From NCBI GenBank assembly GCA_963701845.1, contig CAVPBF010000004.1:571853-603852 (forward strand): a stretch of 32,000 nucleotides of DNA, given 5' to 3'. Below, in pieces: positions 1 to 8,751 of the stretch (positions are counted from its first letter, which is position 1; each line of letters starts with the position of its first letter). A program made the position numbers and the translations under genes. The notes beneath the pieces are model-generated. The model searched no databases. It was not told the origin of the DNA and was given only the letters and a program-made list of their open reading frames with translations. The DNA comes from an uncultured delta proteobacterium. GTDB taxonomy: Bacteria > Desulfobacterota > Desulfobaccia > Desulfobaccales > 0-14-0-80-60-11.

Positions 1-452
1 TTCCCTGGGTTTACCCTATCTCCATGTGTAACAGGACCCCTCTATCCCCGGACCGCCCGGCCGCCAAGCGGCACAAAAGCGGCACAACCACGGTGCTTAG
101 GCGGTCCCGGACCGCTCAGTCAGCGCCACTGCCGCGGACTATATCCAGCAATATAAGGTAATTATGCGCAACAACCTGCGGAATTTTTTCAAGTGCCGGC
201 ACAATTTGCCCCGATCGGGCGTTTTTTTCGGCCTTAAACCCGCGCCCAACCGGGCGTCTCACCCGGAAAACGTTGGAATATGCGCTACTTGGATGGTGTA
301 CAGTTTCTCTTGACCCTAAGTTCCACTTGGCATTAACTTTTTCGCCGCCAGGCCTGGCCTGGCCACCATTTCCGTTCCCAAAAGTGCAGCTTGGGACAGT
401 AAAAAAAGAGCTTTTCAAAAATGATTATCACGTTTGCCAAAAGTTCTTTGCT

Positions 453-506
453 CTTATCCCCTCTCCCCCCAGCGGGGGGCGAGGGTTAGGGTGAGGGGGG
501 GGATAA
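453..506. repeat. C-run/G-run imperfect palindrome (intergenic hairpin element)
   Basis: The sequence is cttatcccctctcccccc-agc-ggggggcgaggg...gggggggataag. The outer arms cttatcccc and ggggataag are reverse complements. Similar elements occur at 596-623 and 2671-2740. Confidence 0.6.
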
Positions 507-595
507 GAAAAAACTTTTGACAACGAGTCTATGAACGAGAAAAAAATGAGGCCCAAATTGATTAACCCGCACCACAAGGCAGTCATTTTCTTCAC

Positions 596-623
596 TCCCT
601 CCCCCTTGAGGGGGGAGGGCTGG
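596..623. repeat. C-run/G-run palindrome (intergenic hairpin element)
   Basis: ccctccccc-ttgag-gggggaggg is a near-perfect inverted repeat followed by G-rich tracts. Confidence 0.6.
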
Positions 624-745
624 GGTGGGGGTGGTGCAGGTAGTTTCTTTCCCTTGCAACGGGATTATCTGTTCTTAAGTTTTTCTAAAGCAGCATATTA
701 CCATGTTGGCTCCGCCCAGTCCCCAAAGATTACGGAAGAAAACCT

Positions 746-1357
746 ATGCCCGAAAATCTAACGGATTTGCCGAAAGGCATTGACCTCAAAGACGAAGACA
801 TCTTCGAGGCCATGAAGAGCATCCCCGGTTACCTGGACATCACCCCCGGAGATTTCAAAGAGGTCTACCGCCTGGCTTACGCCCACGCCCTGGAGCGCCT
901 GAGCCGGGCCGTCACCGCCCGGGAGATCATGACCCGGGAGGTCGTCTCGGTGCATCCGGACACCCCCCTGGCAGAAGTGGCCGCAGCCATGGGCGGCCGC
1001 GGCATCTCCGGGGTGCCGGTGGTGGACGACGCCGGCCGGGTGGTGGGCGTCATCTCGGAAAAGGATTTCCTCACCCACATGGGCGTGGCCAAGCCCCAAA
1101 ATTTCATGGTCCTGGTGGCCTCCTGTCTGCAAAGCAAGGGCTGCGTGGCCCTGCCCATCAAGCAGCGCCGGGCCGTCGACATCATGACCTCCCCCGCGGT
1201 TACCGTGGCTCCGGAGGCCAGTGTTAAAGAAATCGCCGCGCTCTTCACCGGCCGGGGCCTCAACCGGGTGCCGGTGACCGACCCGGCCGGCCGCCTCCTC
1301 GGTCTGGTCAGCCGGGGCGATCTCGTCCGGGCGGCCATGGGCGGGGGAACTCCATGA
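746..1357 (+). CDS. CBS-domain pair protein
   Basis: Two CBS-like repeats are readable: IMTREVVSVHPDTPLAEV...GISGVPVVDDAGRVVGVISEKDF and IMTSPAVTVAPEASVKEI...GLNRVPVTDPAGRLLGLVSRGDL. The stop overlaps the next start by 4 nt (ATGA). Confidence 0.85.
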   Translation: MPENLTDLPKGIDLKDEDIFEAMKSIPGYLDITPGDFKEVYRLAYAHALERLSRAVTAREIMTREVVSVHPDTPLAEVAAAMGGRGISGVPVVDDAGRVVGVISEKDFLTHMGVAKPQNFMVLVASCLQSKGCVALPIKQRRAVDIMTSPAVTVAPEASVKEIAALFTGRGLNRVPVTDPAGRLLGLVSRGDLVRAAMGGGTP

Positions 1358-1893
1358 TGGCCGGTTACTTCCGCAAAATGGCCGGCACCACCCAGAGCCC
1401 GCCCCGGGTGAGCTTAGCCGAGACCCTCTGGTCCTGGCTCGGGGCCTTCCTGGGCATCGGCGCGGTGGCCTGGCTCGACGGCTTTTTGGAAAAGACCGAT
1501 GTGCTTCTGCTCATCGGCTCCTTCGGGGCCTCGGCAGTTTTGATCTACGGCGCCATCAAGAGCCCCCTGGCCCAGCCCCGGAACCTGGTGGGCGGCCACC
1601 TCATCTCCGCCCTTATCGGCGTCAGCGTCTTTTATTTACTCTCCCCCTTCCCCTGGCTGGCCGCGGCCGTGGCCGTGGCCACCAGCATCGCGGTGATGCA
1701 CGCCACCCGGACCCTGCACCCGCCCGGCGGGGCCACCGCCCTGATCTTCGTCATGGGCAGCCCCAAGATCCATCACTTGGGCTATCTCTATGTCCTCATG
1801 CCGGTGGGGGCTGGGGTGGCGATCATGCTCCTGGTGGCCCTGCTGGTCAACAACCTTGCCCCCCGGCGCCGCTACCCGGAATTCTGGTGGTGA
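1354..1893 (+). CDS. HPP-family integral membrane protein
   Basis: Contains the signature RTLHPPGGATALI and several hydrophobic helices. Appears translationally coupled to the upstream CBS gene. Confidence 0.8.
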   Translation: MMAGYFRKMAGTTQSPPRVSLAETLWSWLGAFLGIGAVAWLDGFLEKTDVLLLIGSFGASAVLIYGAIKSPLAQPRNLVGGHLISALIGVSVFYLLSPFPWLAAAVAVATSIAVMHATRTLHPPGGATALIFVMGSPKIHHLGYLYVLMPVGAGVAIMLLVALLVNNLAPRRRYPEFWW

Positions 1894-1925
1894 GCCGTGG
1901 GCCAAGCCAGGCCCCCATGTCAAAA

Positions 1926-1947
1926 GGCAGAACCCTCAGGTCCTGCC
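1926..1947. terminator. Hairpin between convergent genes (possible bidirectional terminator)
   Basis: ggcagaacc-ctca-ggtcctgcc forms a 9-bp stem with one mismatch. It has ttgtt downstream on the + strand and tttt downstream on the - strand. Confidence 0.4.
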
Positions 1948-1972
1948 TTGTTCAGGTCACTGGAGGCGCTGC

Positions 1973-2431
1973 CTATTTTTCGTCTTTTTCCTGGTGATAA
2001 ATCAAAGATACGGTCTGCGACACCCGTTTCGCCCAGGATGGGTCATCCTTGTTCAACTCCACTTCATCATAGAAATCGCTGAAATCATGATCCACTAATT
2101 TGTAAGGAGCTTTGCTTTCGGAATCGAAAAAGGTATGCCGCAATTCATGCCGCAAAACTCTTTCAATATCAGTCTCTTCACAATGTTGCAGCAATTTGCT
2201 GTCGAAAAGAATAATGTAGTCGTAACCGTCTTCCGGCGCTTCATTTCTGGACAGGTATCTCACCAGTTCCGAAGGTTTGACAATTTTCCCCAGAACCACA
2301 GTGCCTTTCGCCATCATCTTCTTTTTATTAATCAGAAACAGGATCTTGGCATTGGCCAGGTGCGGGAAATATTTGCCTTTCAGGTTTTCATACATTTCGT
2401 AAAGGCTGTCCGGAACATCGTCATACTTCAT
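1973..2431 (-). CDS. Small HExxH metallopeptidase-like protein (phage-type)
   Basis: Contains an HELRH motif (VLRHELRHTFFD). The gene is AT-richer than its flanks and lies next to a tRNA-like remnant. Confidence 0.6.
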   Translation of the reverse strand: MKYDDVPDSLYEMYENLKGKYFPHLANAKILFLINKKKMMAKGTVVLGKIVKPSELVRYLSRNEAPEDGYDYIILFDSKLLQHCEETDIERVLRHELRHTFFDSESKAPYKLVDHDFSDFYDEVELNKDDPSWAKRVSQTVSLIYHQEKDEK

Positions 2432-2470
2432 TGAAATTCTCCTTTTTAAAGCATTATTCCATCATCAGGG

Positions 2471-2524
2471 GACCGACACCGAAAGTCGGACTCGAACCGA
2501 TACCAGGAAGAGGATTTTAAGTCC
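2471..2524 (-). other. Degenerate tRNA-like 3' fragment (T-arm plus anticodon-loop-like TAA)
   Basis: The minus strand reads ggacttaaaatcc...tcggttcgagtccga, containing the canonical GGTTCGAGTCC T-loop. There is no D-arm, no matching 5' acceptor strand and no CCA. Confidence 0.35.
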
Positions 2525-2670
2525 GATGCGGTGGGCGGAAGTCAGATAGCCTGCATGGTTGACGCCTTATGGTCGAGCCGGACCTGCTCCCCAAATTATA
2601 AAGGTTCCGCCAATTTCCGCCAATGATAAAGCCTGCGGAATCAGAAATTTATCAAACTGCGACCAGCCTA

Positions 2671-2740
2671 CCCCCCCCCTTTGCAAAGGGGGGGATTTTA
2701 AAGTCCCCTTTTGGAAAAGGGGGATTTAGGGGGATTTTGG
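2671..2740. repeat. Cluster of C/G-tract palindromes and GGGGGATTT direct repeats
   Basis: Two palindromes are present: ccccccctttgcaaaggggggg and tccccttttggaaaagggga. gggggattt occurs three times between about 2690 and 2738. Confidence 0.6.
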
Positions 2741-2853
2741 TTTTCACGGGAAAAGCCTGGGGCGAGCCCGATCTGAACCTCGCCCGGTGCCGTTCATTAC
2801 GCCAGGAGTTCACCACCCGCGGGCCAACTGGAGACCGGGACGATCCCCCCCGG

Positions 2854-3654
2854 TTACTTGGAGGGGCGCGCCTTCTGCCTGGCAAAAAAGGCTTCCAGGG
2901 CCTGCATGTGCTCCGGACTGTGGTGGCAGAGGGCCTGGAAGGCGGCGGAAATCTCCAGGGTTTCTTCCAGGCTCTTGCCCTGGGCCAGACTGAACAGGCG
3001 CTTGGCCAGGCGCAAAATTCTGGCCGGCTGCTTGGCGATCTCGGCCGCCAATTCCAGCGAGCGTTCCAGGAGCCGAGCGTGCGGTACCACTTCGCTCACC
3101 AGGCCGATCCGCAGGGCCTCGGCCGCGTCGATGACCCGGCAGGTGAACGCCAGTTCCAGGGCCTTGGCGTAGCCGATCACCCGGGGCAGAAAATAGGCCC
3201 CGCCATCGCCGGGAATCAGACCCACGGAGACGAAGGTCTCGCCGAAGCGAGCCTGGTCGCTGGCGAGGCGAATATCGCACATGCAGGTCAAATCACAGCC
3301 CGCACCGATGGCCGGGCCGTTGACCGCGGCGATGGTGGGCACATCCAGCCGCTGAAACGCCAGAGGAATCTGCTGAATACCCTGGCGGTAATTATTGCGG
3401 ATCTGGTCCGGGTCGCCCGCGAACATGCCCTGCTTGTTATACATGTCCTTGACGTTGCCGCCGGCCGAAAAGGCGCTGCCCGCGCCGGTGAGGATCATGA
3501 CACTGAGGGCCTCGTCCGCTTGCACCCGCCGGCAGGCGTCCAGGATCTCCTCGATCATGGCCGGCTCCGTGATGGTATTGCGCACATCCGGCCGGTTCAG
3601 GGTGAGGATGGCGATGGTTCCCTGTTGCTCGAAGCTGATTTCCCGATATGTCAT
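2854..3654 (-). CDS. Enoyl-CoA hydratase/isomerase (crotonase) family protein
   Basis: The N-terminus ILTLNRPDVRNTI...MILTGAGSAFSAGGNVKDM and the length (266 aa) are typical of crotonases. Confidence 0.85.
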   Translation of the reverse strand: MTYREISFEQQGTIAILTLNRPDVRNTITEPAMIEEILDACRRVQADEALSVMILTGAGSAFSAGGNVKDMYNKQGMFAGDPDQIRNNYRQGIQQIPLAFQRLDVPTIAAVNGPAIGAGCDLTCMCDIRLASDQARFGETFVSVGLIPGDGGAYFLPRVIGYAKALELAFTCRVIDAAEALRIGLVSEVVPHARLLERSLELAAEIAKQPARILRLAKRLFSLAQGKSLEETLEISAAFQALCHHSPEHMQALEAFFARQKARPSK

Positions 3655-3669
3655 GGCTCTCTTCCCTCC

Positions 3670-5195
3670 TTAAGAGCAAATTTTTTCAATGGCAGCCTTG
3701 ATCTGGCAGGCTCTCCAGCCGAAATCGGTCAGGCAGGCCACGCCTTCCTTAATATAAGCCGCGTCATCAGGGTCGCGCAACAGGTCGACCACCAGCGCTC
3801 GGGCGGCAGCCTGGAGCGCGTCCAGCAGGTCTTTTATTGGCGGGATAGAGATGGGCGTCAAAGCAGAAGAGGATGGTCAGGTCTGAGTTTTTGGCCAGGT
3901 GCACCGCCTGTTGAATTTCTGCCGCCGCCGGCTCGATGGAGACGATTTGAATCGTGGGGTTGAAACCGAATTTCTGAAACTCCTGCCGCACAAATTCCTT
4001 TTCCGGCAAGACTTCCTTTTCGATCATGATCTGCGCATCTTGAGCCGGGAAAATTGCGGCAAGATCACGCCAATGCTTGGTGCTGCGTGCCGCAGCGGCA
4101 GCAATTTTCTCTCATCTTGGAGAACCTGGACGGATTCACGGCAGATTCTGGCCGCCAGCGGGCGCCGGCTGGTTCGGCCGCGGGCTCTCCCCCGGCAAAT
4201 CTTTGGTTCTCGCTTTAATTTCAAGGTCTTCGATCCGGTCGACGCTCTCCTCCAGTTCTTTCAGGGGCAGGTCGCTTGCTTTTATAGGCCTCGAGCAAGT
4301 TTATCGTAAACCTCTTTCTGGGCTTGGAGGTCATGACAAACCAGCAGCAGATCATGTCCCGCCGCGGCAGCTAAGACCCCCGCGTCGCCGATGGGGCAGA
4401 GCGCTTTAATCGCGCCCATTTCCAGATCGTCGCTGGCAATGACCCCCCGGAAATTGAGCTCACCTCTAAGGTAATCGTAAATAATTCTTCTGGAAAAGGT
4501 GGCGATCTTGTTGGGGATCAGGATCGAGTTTGGGATAGTGGGGATGAGAAGACATCACCAGATCAACGCCGGTTGCAATCGCCTGCACAAAAGGCTTGCA
4601 GATGCACCTCCTCCATCTCTTGCCAGGTGGAGTCGATGACCGGCAGTCCCAGATGGGCATCCACTGGGGCATGACCCTTGCCGGGAAAATGCTTGGCGCA
4701 GGCTGACAGGCCGCCCCGTTGCATGCCGGCAATCCGCGCCGCGCCCATTCCGCCACCAAGCGCCAATCTCTGCCGTAGGCACCGAATCCCGATATTCGGG
4801 CTGTAGGCCTCGGTCAAGACATCGAGCACCGGCCCCAGATTCACATCCAGCCCCAGCCGGCGCAGTTCTTTGGCCTCGATCTCGCCCTGCTGCCTGGCAT
4901 AGTCGAGGTTTCCGGCGGTCCCCACCGCCAGATTGTCCGGGAACACGGTAATCCCGTCCCGGAACATGATGACCCGTCCGCCTTCATGGTCCACCGTCAC
5001 CAGCAGTTTGCGGCCGAGAGCCTCTTCCAGATCGGCAATCAGTTTTTTAAGTTGCGGCGGAGAGTCAAAATTGATCCGGTAGAGAATCAGCCCGCCGGCA
5101 TGCAGCTCCTGAAAATGACGGACAATCTTCGGAGTGATCTTGGTTCCGGGAATGCCGATGACCAGCCGTTCTCCCACTAGTTCTGCTAATTTCAT
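3670..5195 (-). pseudogene. GH3 beta-N-acetylhexosaminidase (NagZ-like), multiply frameshifted
   Basis: GH3 motifs are spread over at least four reading frames: VTVDHEGGRV, KHFPGKGHAPVDAHLGLPV, VQAIATGVDLVMSSHPHYP, LRGELNFRGVIASDDLEMGAI, AAAGHDLLLVCH and a C-terminal domain ending at 3670. Shifts lie near 4780, 4745, 4600, 4510 and 4290, with more downstream. Confidence 0.8.
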
Positions 5196-5274
5196 GTCGA
5201 GCTCATTTTAAGGCTGCAGGCGGCGACTGCTCCGGCGAGAAGGCGGGGCCATTTGCCGCCAATCGGCACGAAGT

Positions 5275-5982
5275 TCAGGCCGCCGTGCCTTTCAGATAAG
5301 CCAGTCTCCTGGCCTCGGGCAAGCGCTCGATGGCATACCGGAGCATGGTGCGGGGCATCTGCCGGTAATGTTTCTGCAAGAAAGCTTCCGCCACCGTGGT
5401 CTGGCGCTTTTCCACCTCCCGCAGCATCCAGCCGACGGCCTTGTGGAGCAAATCTTCCGGGTCATTCAACAGCAGGCGGGCAATTCTCAGGGTCTCGTCA
5501 TAGTCCTGCCGCTTAATGAAGTGCAAGGTGGCGATGATGGCCAGGCGCCGCTCCCACCAGTTCCCGGAAGTGGCCAGCCGGGTCAGGGTATCCTTGGGTC
5601 GGTCCTCCAGGTAATGGCCCAGCAGGTGCGGCGCCGAGGCATCCACCAGATCCCAGTTATTGACGAACTGGGTATGTTCCAGGTAGAAACGGTGAAGCTG
5701 ATCTCTGGCGCCTTGGTCGCCTTGATAATATTGACGAATCAGGATCAATAAAACCAGCAGCCGGTCTTCGTGGAAAGCGGATTGGAGTAAGCGTCCAGCC
5801 TTAGCCAGGGAAAGCTCTTGATATTTTTTGGCCATTCCTCGCAAGACCGGGACGCTCAGGCCTCGGAACCGGTCGCCCGCGCCATACTTCCCCGGCCCGG
5901 TCTTAAAAAACCGTTGGAGAATGGCGGCCTGAGAGGCATCTCCCAGGCTTTCGAGCTCTCTCTGGATTTTTGCGATCATCAT
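5275..5982 (-). CDS. DNA alkylation repair (AlkD-like HEAT-repeat) protein
   Basis: FFKTGPGKYGAGDRFRGLSVPVLR, NNWDLVD and WWERR resemble the DNA_alkylation family. The ORF is open to 6033, but the MMIAKIQ start at 5982 is more plausible. Confidence 0.75.
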   Translation of the reverse strand: MMIAKIQRELESLGDASQAAILQRFFKTGPGKYGAGDRFRGLSVPVLRGMAKKYQELSLAKAGRLLQSAFHEDRLLVLLILIRQYYQGDQGARDQLHRFYLEHTQFVNNWDLVDASAPHLLGHYLEDRPKDTLTRLATSGNWWERRLAIIATLHFIKRQDYDETLRIARLLLNDPEDLLHKAVGWMLREVEKRQTTVAEAFLQKHYRQMPRTMLRYAIERLPEARRLAYLKGTAA

Positions 5983-6108
5983 GGCGCGCCTAGAAATAAT
6001 CCATAAAATTCGAACCAGCCATCTTAATATCACCTATCTGAGCCTATTTCTCGCAATTTTTGCAGCTAACAATGCAAAAATCTTTTTGGTACAATAGCTT
6101 GGCTCTCT

Positions 6109-7639
6109 ATGGAAATCCAAACCCTTTTTTCCAGCGGCAGCAGTCTGACCTGGCAGGATTACTCGGTTCTGTCAGTGATTCTCGTCTTGGTGATTTTTGT
6201 CGGCTTTTATTCTGGCAGAGAAGAAAAATCCACCAACGACTTTTTCCTGGGGGGAGAAAAATCCCCTGGTGGGCGGCTGGTCTGGCGTTTGTCGCAGCCG
6301 AAATCAGCGCCCTCACCCTGATTGCGGTGCCCGCCATCGCCTATATGGAAAACTGGGAATATGCCCAGTTTTTTATCGGCGATTTTCTGGCCCGGGTCGC
6401 CATCGCCTTTCTGTTTATCCCGGCTTTTTACCACTATAACTGCACCTCTATTTATGAATTTTTAAAATACCGCTTCGGACCGGAAACCCAAATCGCCGGC
6501 TCGATCCTGTTTTTCATCACGCGTCTGTTGGCTTCCGGCGTCCGGCTGATGGTCGCTTGTCTGGCGGTGAGCATCTTAATCGGCTGGCCTATCCTGCCGA
6601 CTATTGTGCTGTTTTCGGTCATCTGCATTCTCTACGTCGCCTGGGGCGGGATCAAGGCGGTAGTGTGGACCAACGTGATTCAAGGCCTGACCTACGTAAC
6701 TGCGGGGACGGTGGCCATCGGTTTCCTGCTCACCCACATCGACGGCGGCGCCGCGGCCGTGCTGGCGATTGCCGGCGCGCGCCGGAAAACTGAAAATCTT
6801 CAACTGGGGACCGGGGCTGGCGGCAATCGGGATCGGGAGCCTTCCTGAAGAGCCTGTTCACGGATCCCAATCTCTTGGTGCTGGCGACTTTGAATGGCTT
6901 TTTTGGCTCAATGGCGGCCTTTGGGACGGATCAGGAGTCCATGCAGCGACTCCTGACGGTGGAAACGAGACGAGAAAGCCAGAAAACCATGCTGCTGACC
7001 CCCATCGGCAGTTTTCTGATGATGATCATCTTCCTCTCGGTTGGCGCCTGCCTTTATGCCTTCTATGCCCAGCATCCCGGGATGCCTCTGCCGGCAAAAT
7101 TGGACAAAATTTTTCCGCATTTTATCGAGCAGGCGATGCCTCCATACCTGCGAGGGCTGATGCTCTCGGCGCTTGTGCTGGCGAGCTTTGACACGCCTTT
7201 AGGTTCCCTGACCGCTTCCTTTGTCACGGACATCTATCGTCCGGTGCTTTTTAAGTCGGGAACTGAACGCCACTATCTCTTGATTTCCCGAGTCTGTGTG
7301 GTGGTTTTTGGCATTATCCTGGCGTTCATCGCCTTCATTTTCAGCCATTTTGAAAAATTCCTCTGGCTCGCTTTCAAGATCGGCGGGGTCACCTACGGCT
7401 CTTTACTGGGGGTTTTTCTCCTCGGTCTGCTGACCAAAAGGCGCTGCAACCGGGTCAATGTCGCGGCCATGGTTCTGTCCGCGGTTGGCATGCTGGTTCT
7501 GCTGATTCTTTCCGAGACGCACATTTTTCCGCTGGGCTGGACCTGGCTGTTGTTGATCGGCACCTTTTTGACTTTTGCGACCGGTTGGCTTTTTGGCAAA
7601 CCAGCCGAGAGCGCCGCTGACCTCCCTACCCAAAACTGA
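6109..7639 (+). pseudogene. Sodium:solute symporter (SSS) family transporter, frameshifted
   Basis: The N-terminus (STNDFFLGG) is in one frame and RKIPWWAAGLAFVAAEISALT... in another; that shift is at the G6 run near 6248-6253. Further shifts lie near 6776 and 6840. The C-terminal part (FGTDQESMQRLL...) is in the 6875 frame. Confidence 0.8.
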
Positions 7640-7717
7640 GAGATGAGCCGGGAGCAGATTTCCTCGGAGCACCTTAGCGGCGAGCAGCAAGATGGACCCC
7701 AGGCTTTTCAGGACAAT

Positions 7718-7749
7718 AAAAAAGAGGCCGGCAATGAAGCCTAACCTCT
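7718..7749 (-). terminator. Putative terminator downstream of the original tRNA-Leu 3' end
   Basis: The minus strand reads agagg-ttaggcttcattgccgg-cctct followed by tttttt, about 10 nt past the CCA end of the tRNA fragment. Confidence 0.4.
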
Positions 7750-7759
7750 TTGATTGCAT

Positions 7760-7815
7760 TTGGTGCCGGAGGCCGGACTCGAACCGGCACAAGGTTGCCC
7801 TCGGGGGATTTTGAG
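7760..7815 (-). repeat. att-type direct repeat: 3' half of tRNA-Leu(CAA), copy 1
   Basis: The minus strand reads ctcaaaa (anticodon loop, CAA), tcccc, a long variable arm, gccgg-ttcgagt-ccggc (T-arm), then ctccggc-a-cca. It is identical over 56 bp to 19645-19700. No D-arm or 5' acceptor strand follows. Confidence 0.9.
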
Positions 7816-7933
7816 TCAAAACCCCCAGGGACAGTTCCTCGGCGCTCAGGCCCAGGAAAAACTTGAAGAGCAGATTCCAGGTGCACTGCTCTTCAATGTC
7901 CCGGTCCGAGAGGTCGTAGAGAAACTGATCCAT
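7816..7933 (-). pseudogene. N-terminal fragment of an IS5/IS1182-like (DUF772) transposase
   Basis: MDQFLYDLSDRDIEEQCTWNLLFKFFLGLSAEE matches the InsH-type N-terminal motif. The reading frame then runs into the att repeat. Confidence 0.6.
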
Positions 7934-8121
7934 CAGCTACCGAAAAAGACGTTGATTTAACTCAGGGTTTTTATGGCAAACGAGATAACCAGGCATATGT
8001 ACGAGACGAGGGAGACACACTGGAAACAAGCATACTCGAGAAGTTGCACCAAAAGAGCTAAAGCGAACTTCCGACACGTCTTGATGAAGGAATTACTCAA
8101 TATTTCGCAAAGACTGAATCT

Positions 8122-8397
8122 TTGGATTTGAAGAATATTAATAGTAGAGAGGTGGAACATTCTAAGAATATTTCAGATTATGAGCGAGAAGTTGAAATAG
8201 TCTCTAAGCTTGCTGCAACTGTGGGGGCAAAGCTGAATCGGAGCGCCTATTTCGAGGGGAAAAATGAAGTATTAGAAAGTAATGTTGATAACGTGATGGG
8301 CAAAAGCCCTTTCAGGGAGATTAAAGATGTGTTATATAACAAAGATTACGCCAAGGCATCTGCTGTTATTGAAAACTATGATAAAAATGAGAAGTGA
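8122..8397 (+). CDS. Hypothetical small protein
   Basis: A 91-codon AT-rich ORF with a TTG start and no recognisable motif. Confidence 0.3.
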   Translation: MDLKNINSREVEHSKNISDYEREVEIVSKLAATVGAKLNRSAYFEGKNEVLESNVDNVMGKSPFREIKDVLYNKDYAKASAVIENYDKNEK

Positions 8398-8484
8398 TTA
8401 GTGAAATTACCGGGAATTGGTTATTGTCGCCTTTGGCTATCGAGCTCACCGACTCAAGCATCAGTAGAAATTTGAGGTGAAAAA

Positions 8485-8751
8485 ATGTCAGTACCCGCAT
8501 CTACCGGAGGCATCGGCCGGACCTTGATTGTTGGCATCGGTGGCTGTGGTGCCGAGGTAATCAAGAGGGTACGTCGGTTTCTCATCGACCATTTCGGTTG
8601 TTTTGAGAATATCCCTATTGTCCGGTTTCTTTGCCTCGATACCGATCCTCATTCGTTTCGCATGCTGGCCCAAGAAGTTGAGGAAGGCATCTGTCGGCTT
8701 CGGAGAGCTTTGACGTCCGTATCCCTGACGCTTCTGAGTTTATTATGGTGA
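8485..8751 (+). pseudogene. N-terminal fragment of a tubulin/FtsZ-like GTPase (Tubulin_2-like)
   Basis: TLIVGIGGCGAEVIKRVRRFL...VRFLCLDTDP resembles the G-loop start of prokaryotic tubulin-like conflict-system GTPases. Only about 60-80 aa are present before the frame breaks. Confidence 0.5.

Noticed and set aside
191-210. Sigma54-like GGCAC...TGC element
   Set aside because: The GG to GC spacing is 10 rather than the canonical 12, and the TTGC part is missing.
116-761. ORFs 116-418(-), 273-494(+) and 531-761(+)
   Set aside because: They cover intergenic hairpin repeats. Their products are P/G-rich translations of C/G tracts with no start-site support.
2623-3963. 446-aa ORF on the + strand
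   Set aside because: It is antisense to the well-supported crotonase gene and to the NagZ C-terminus. Its composition is Gly/Arg/Ala-rich and low-complexity, typical of a shadow ORF in GC-rich DNA.
7760-7850. Complete tRNA-Leu gene at either repeat copy
   Set aside because: After the anticodon loop the sequences diverge (tcaaa... versus ctcgt...). Neither can pair with the tcccc anticodon stem strand, and neither provides a D-arm or a gccggag acceptor strand.
7403-7933. 176-aa minus-strand ORF
   Set aside because: It is a chimeric read-through. It joins the transposase stub, the translated tRNA repeat (NPPRATLCRFESGLRH) and the antisense of the SSS transporter 3' end.
7973-8131. 52-codon basic ORF on the + strand (MANEITRHMYETRETHWKQ...)
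   Set aside because: It has no RBS, no motif and no conservation evidence available, so it is too weak to call as a gene.
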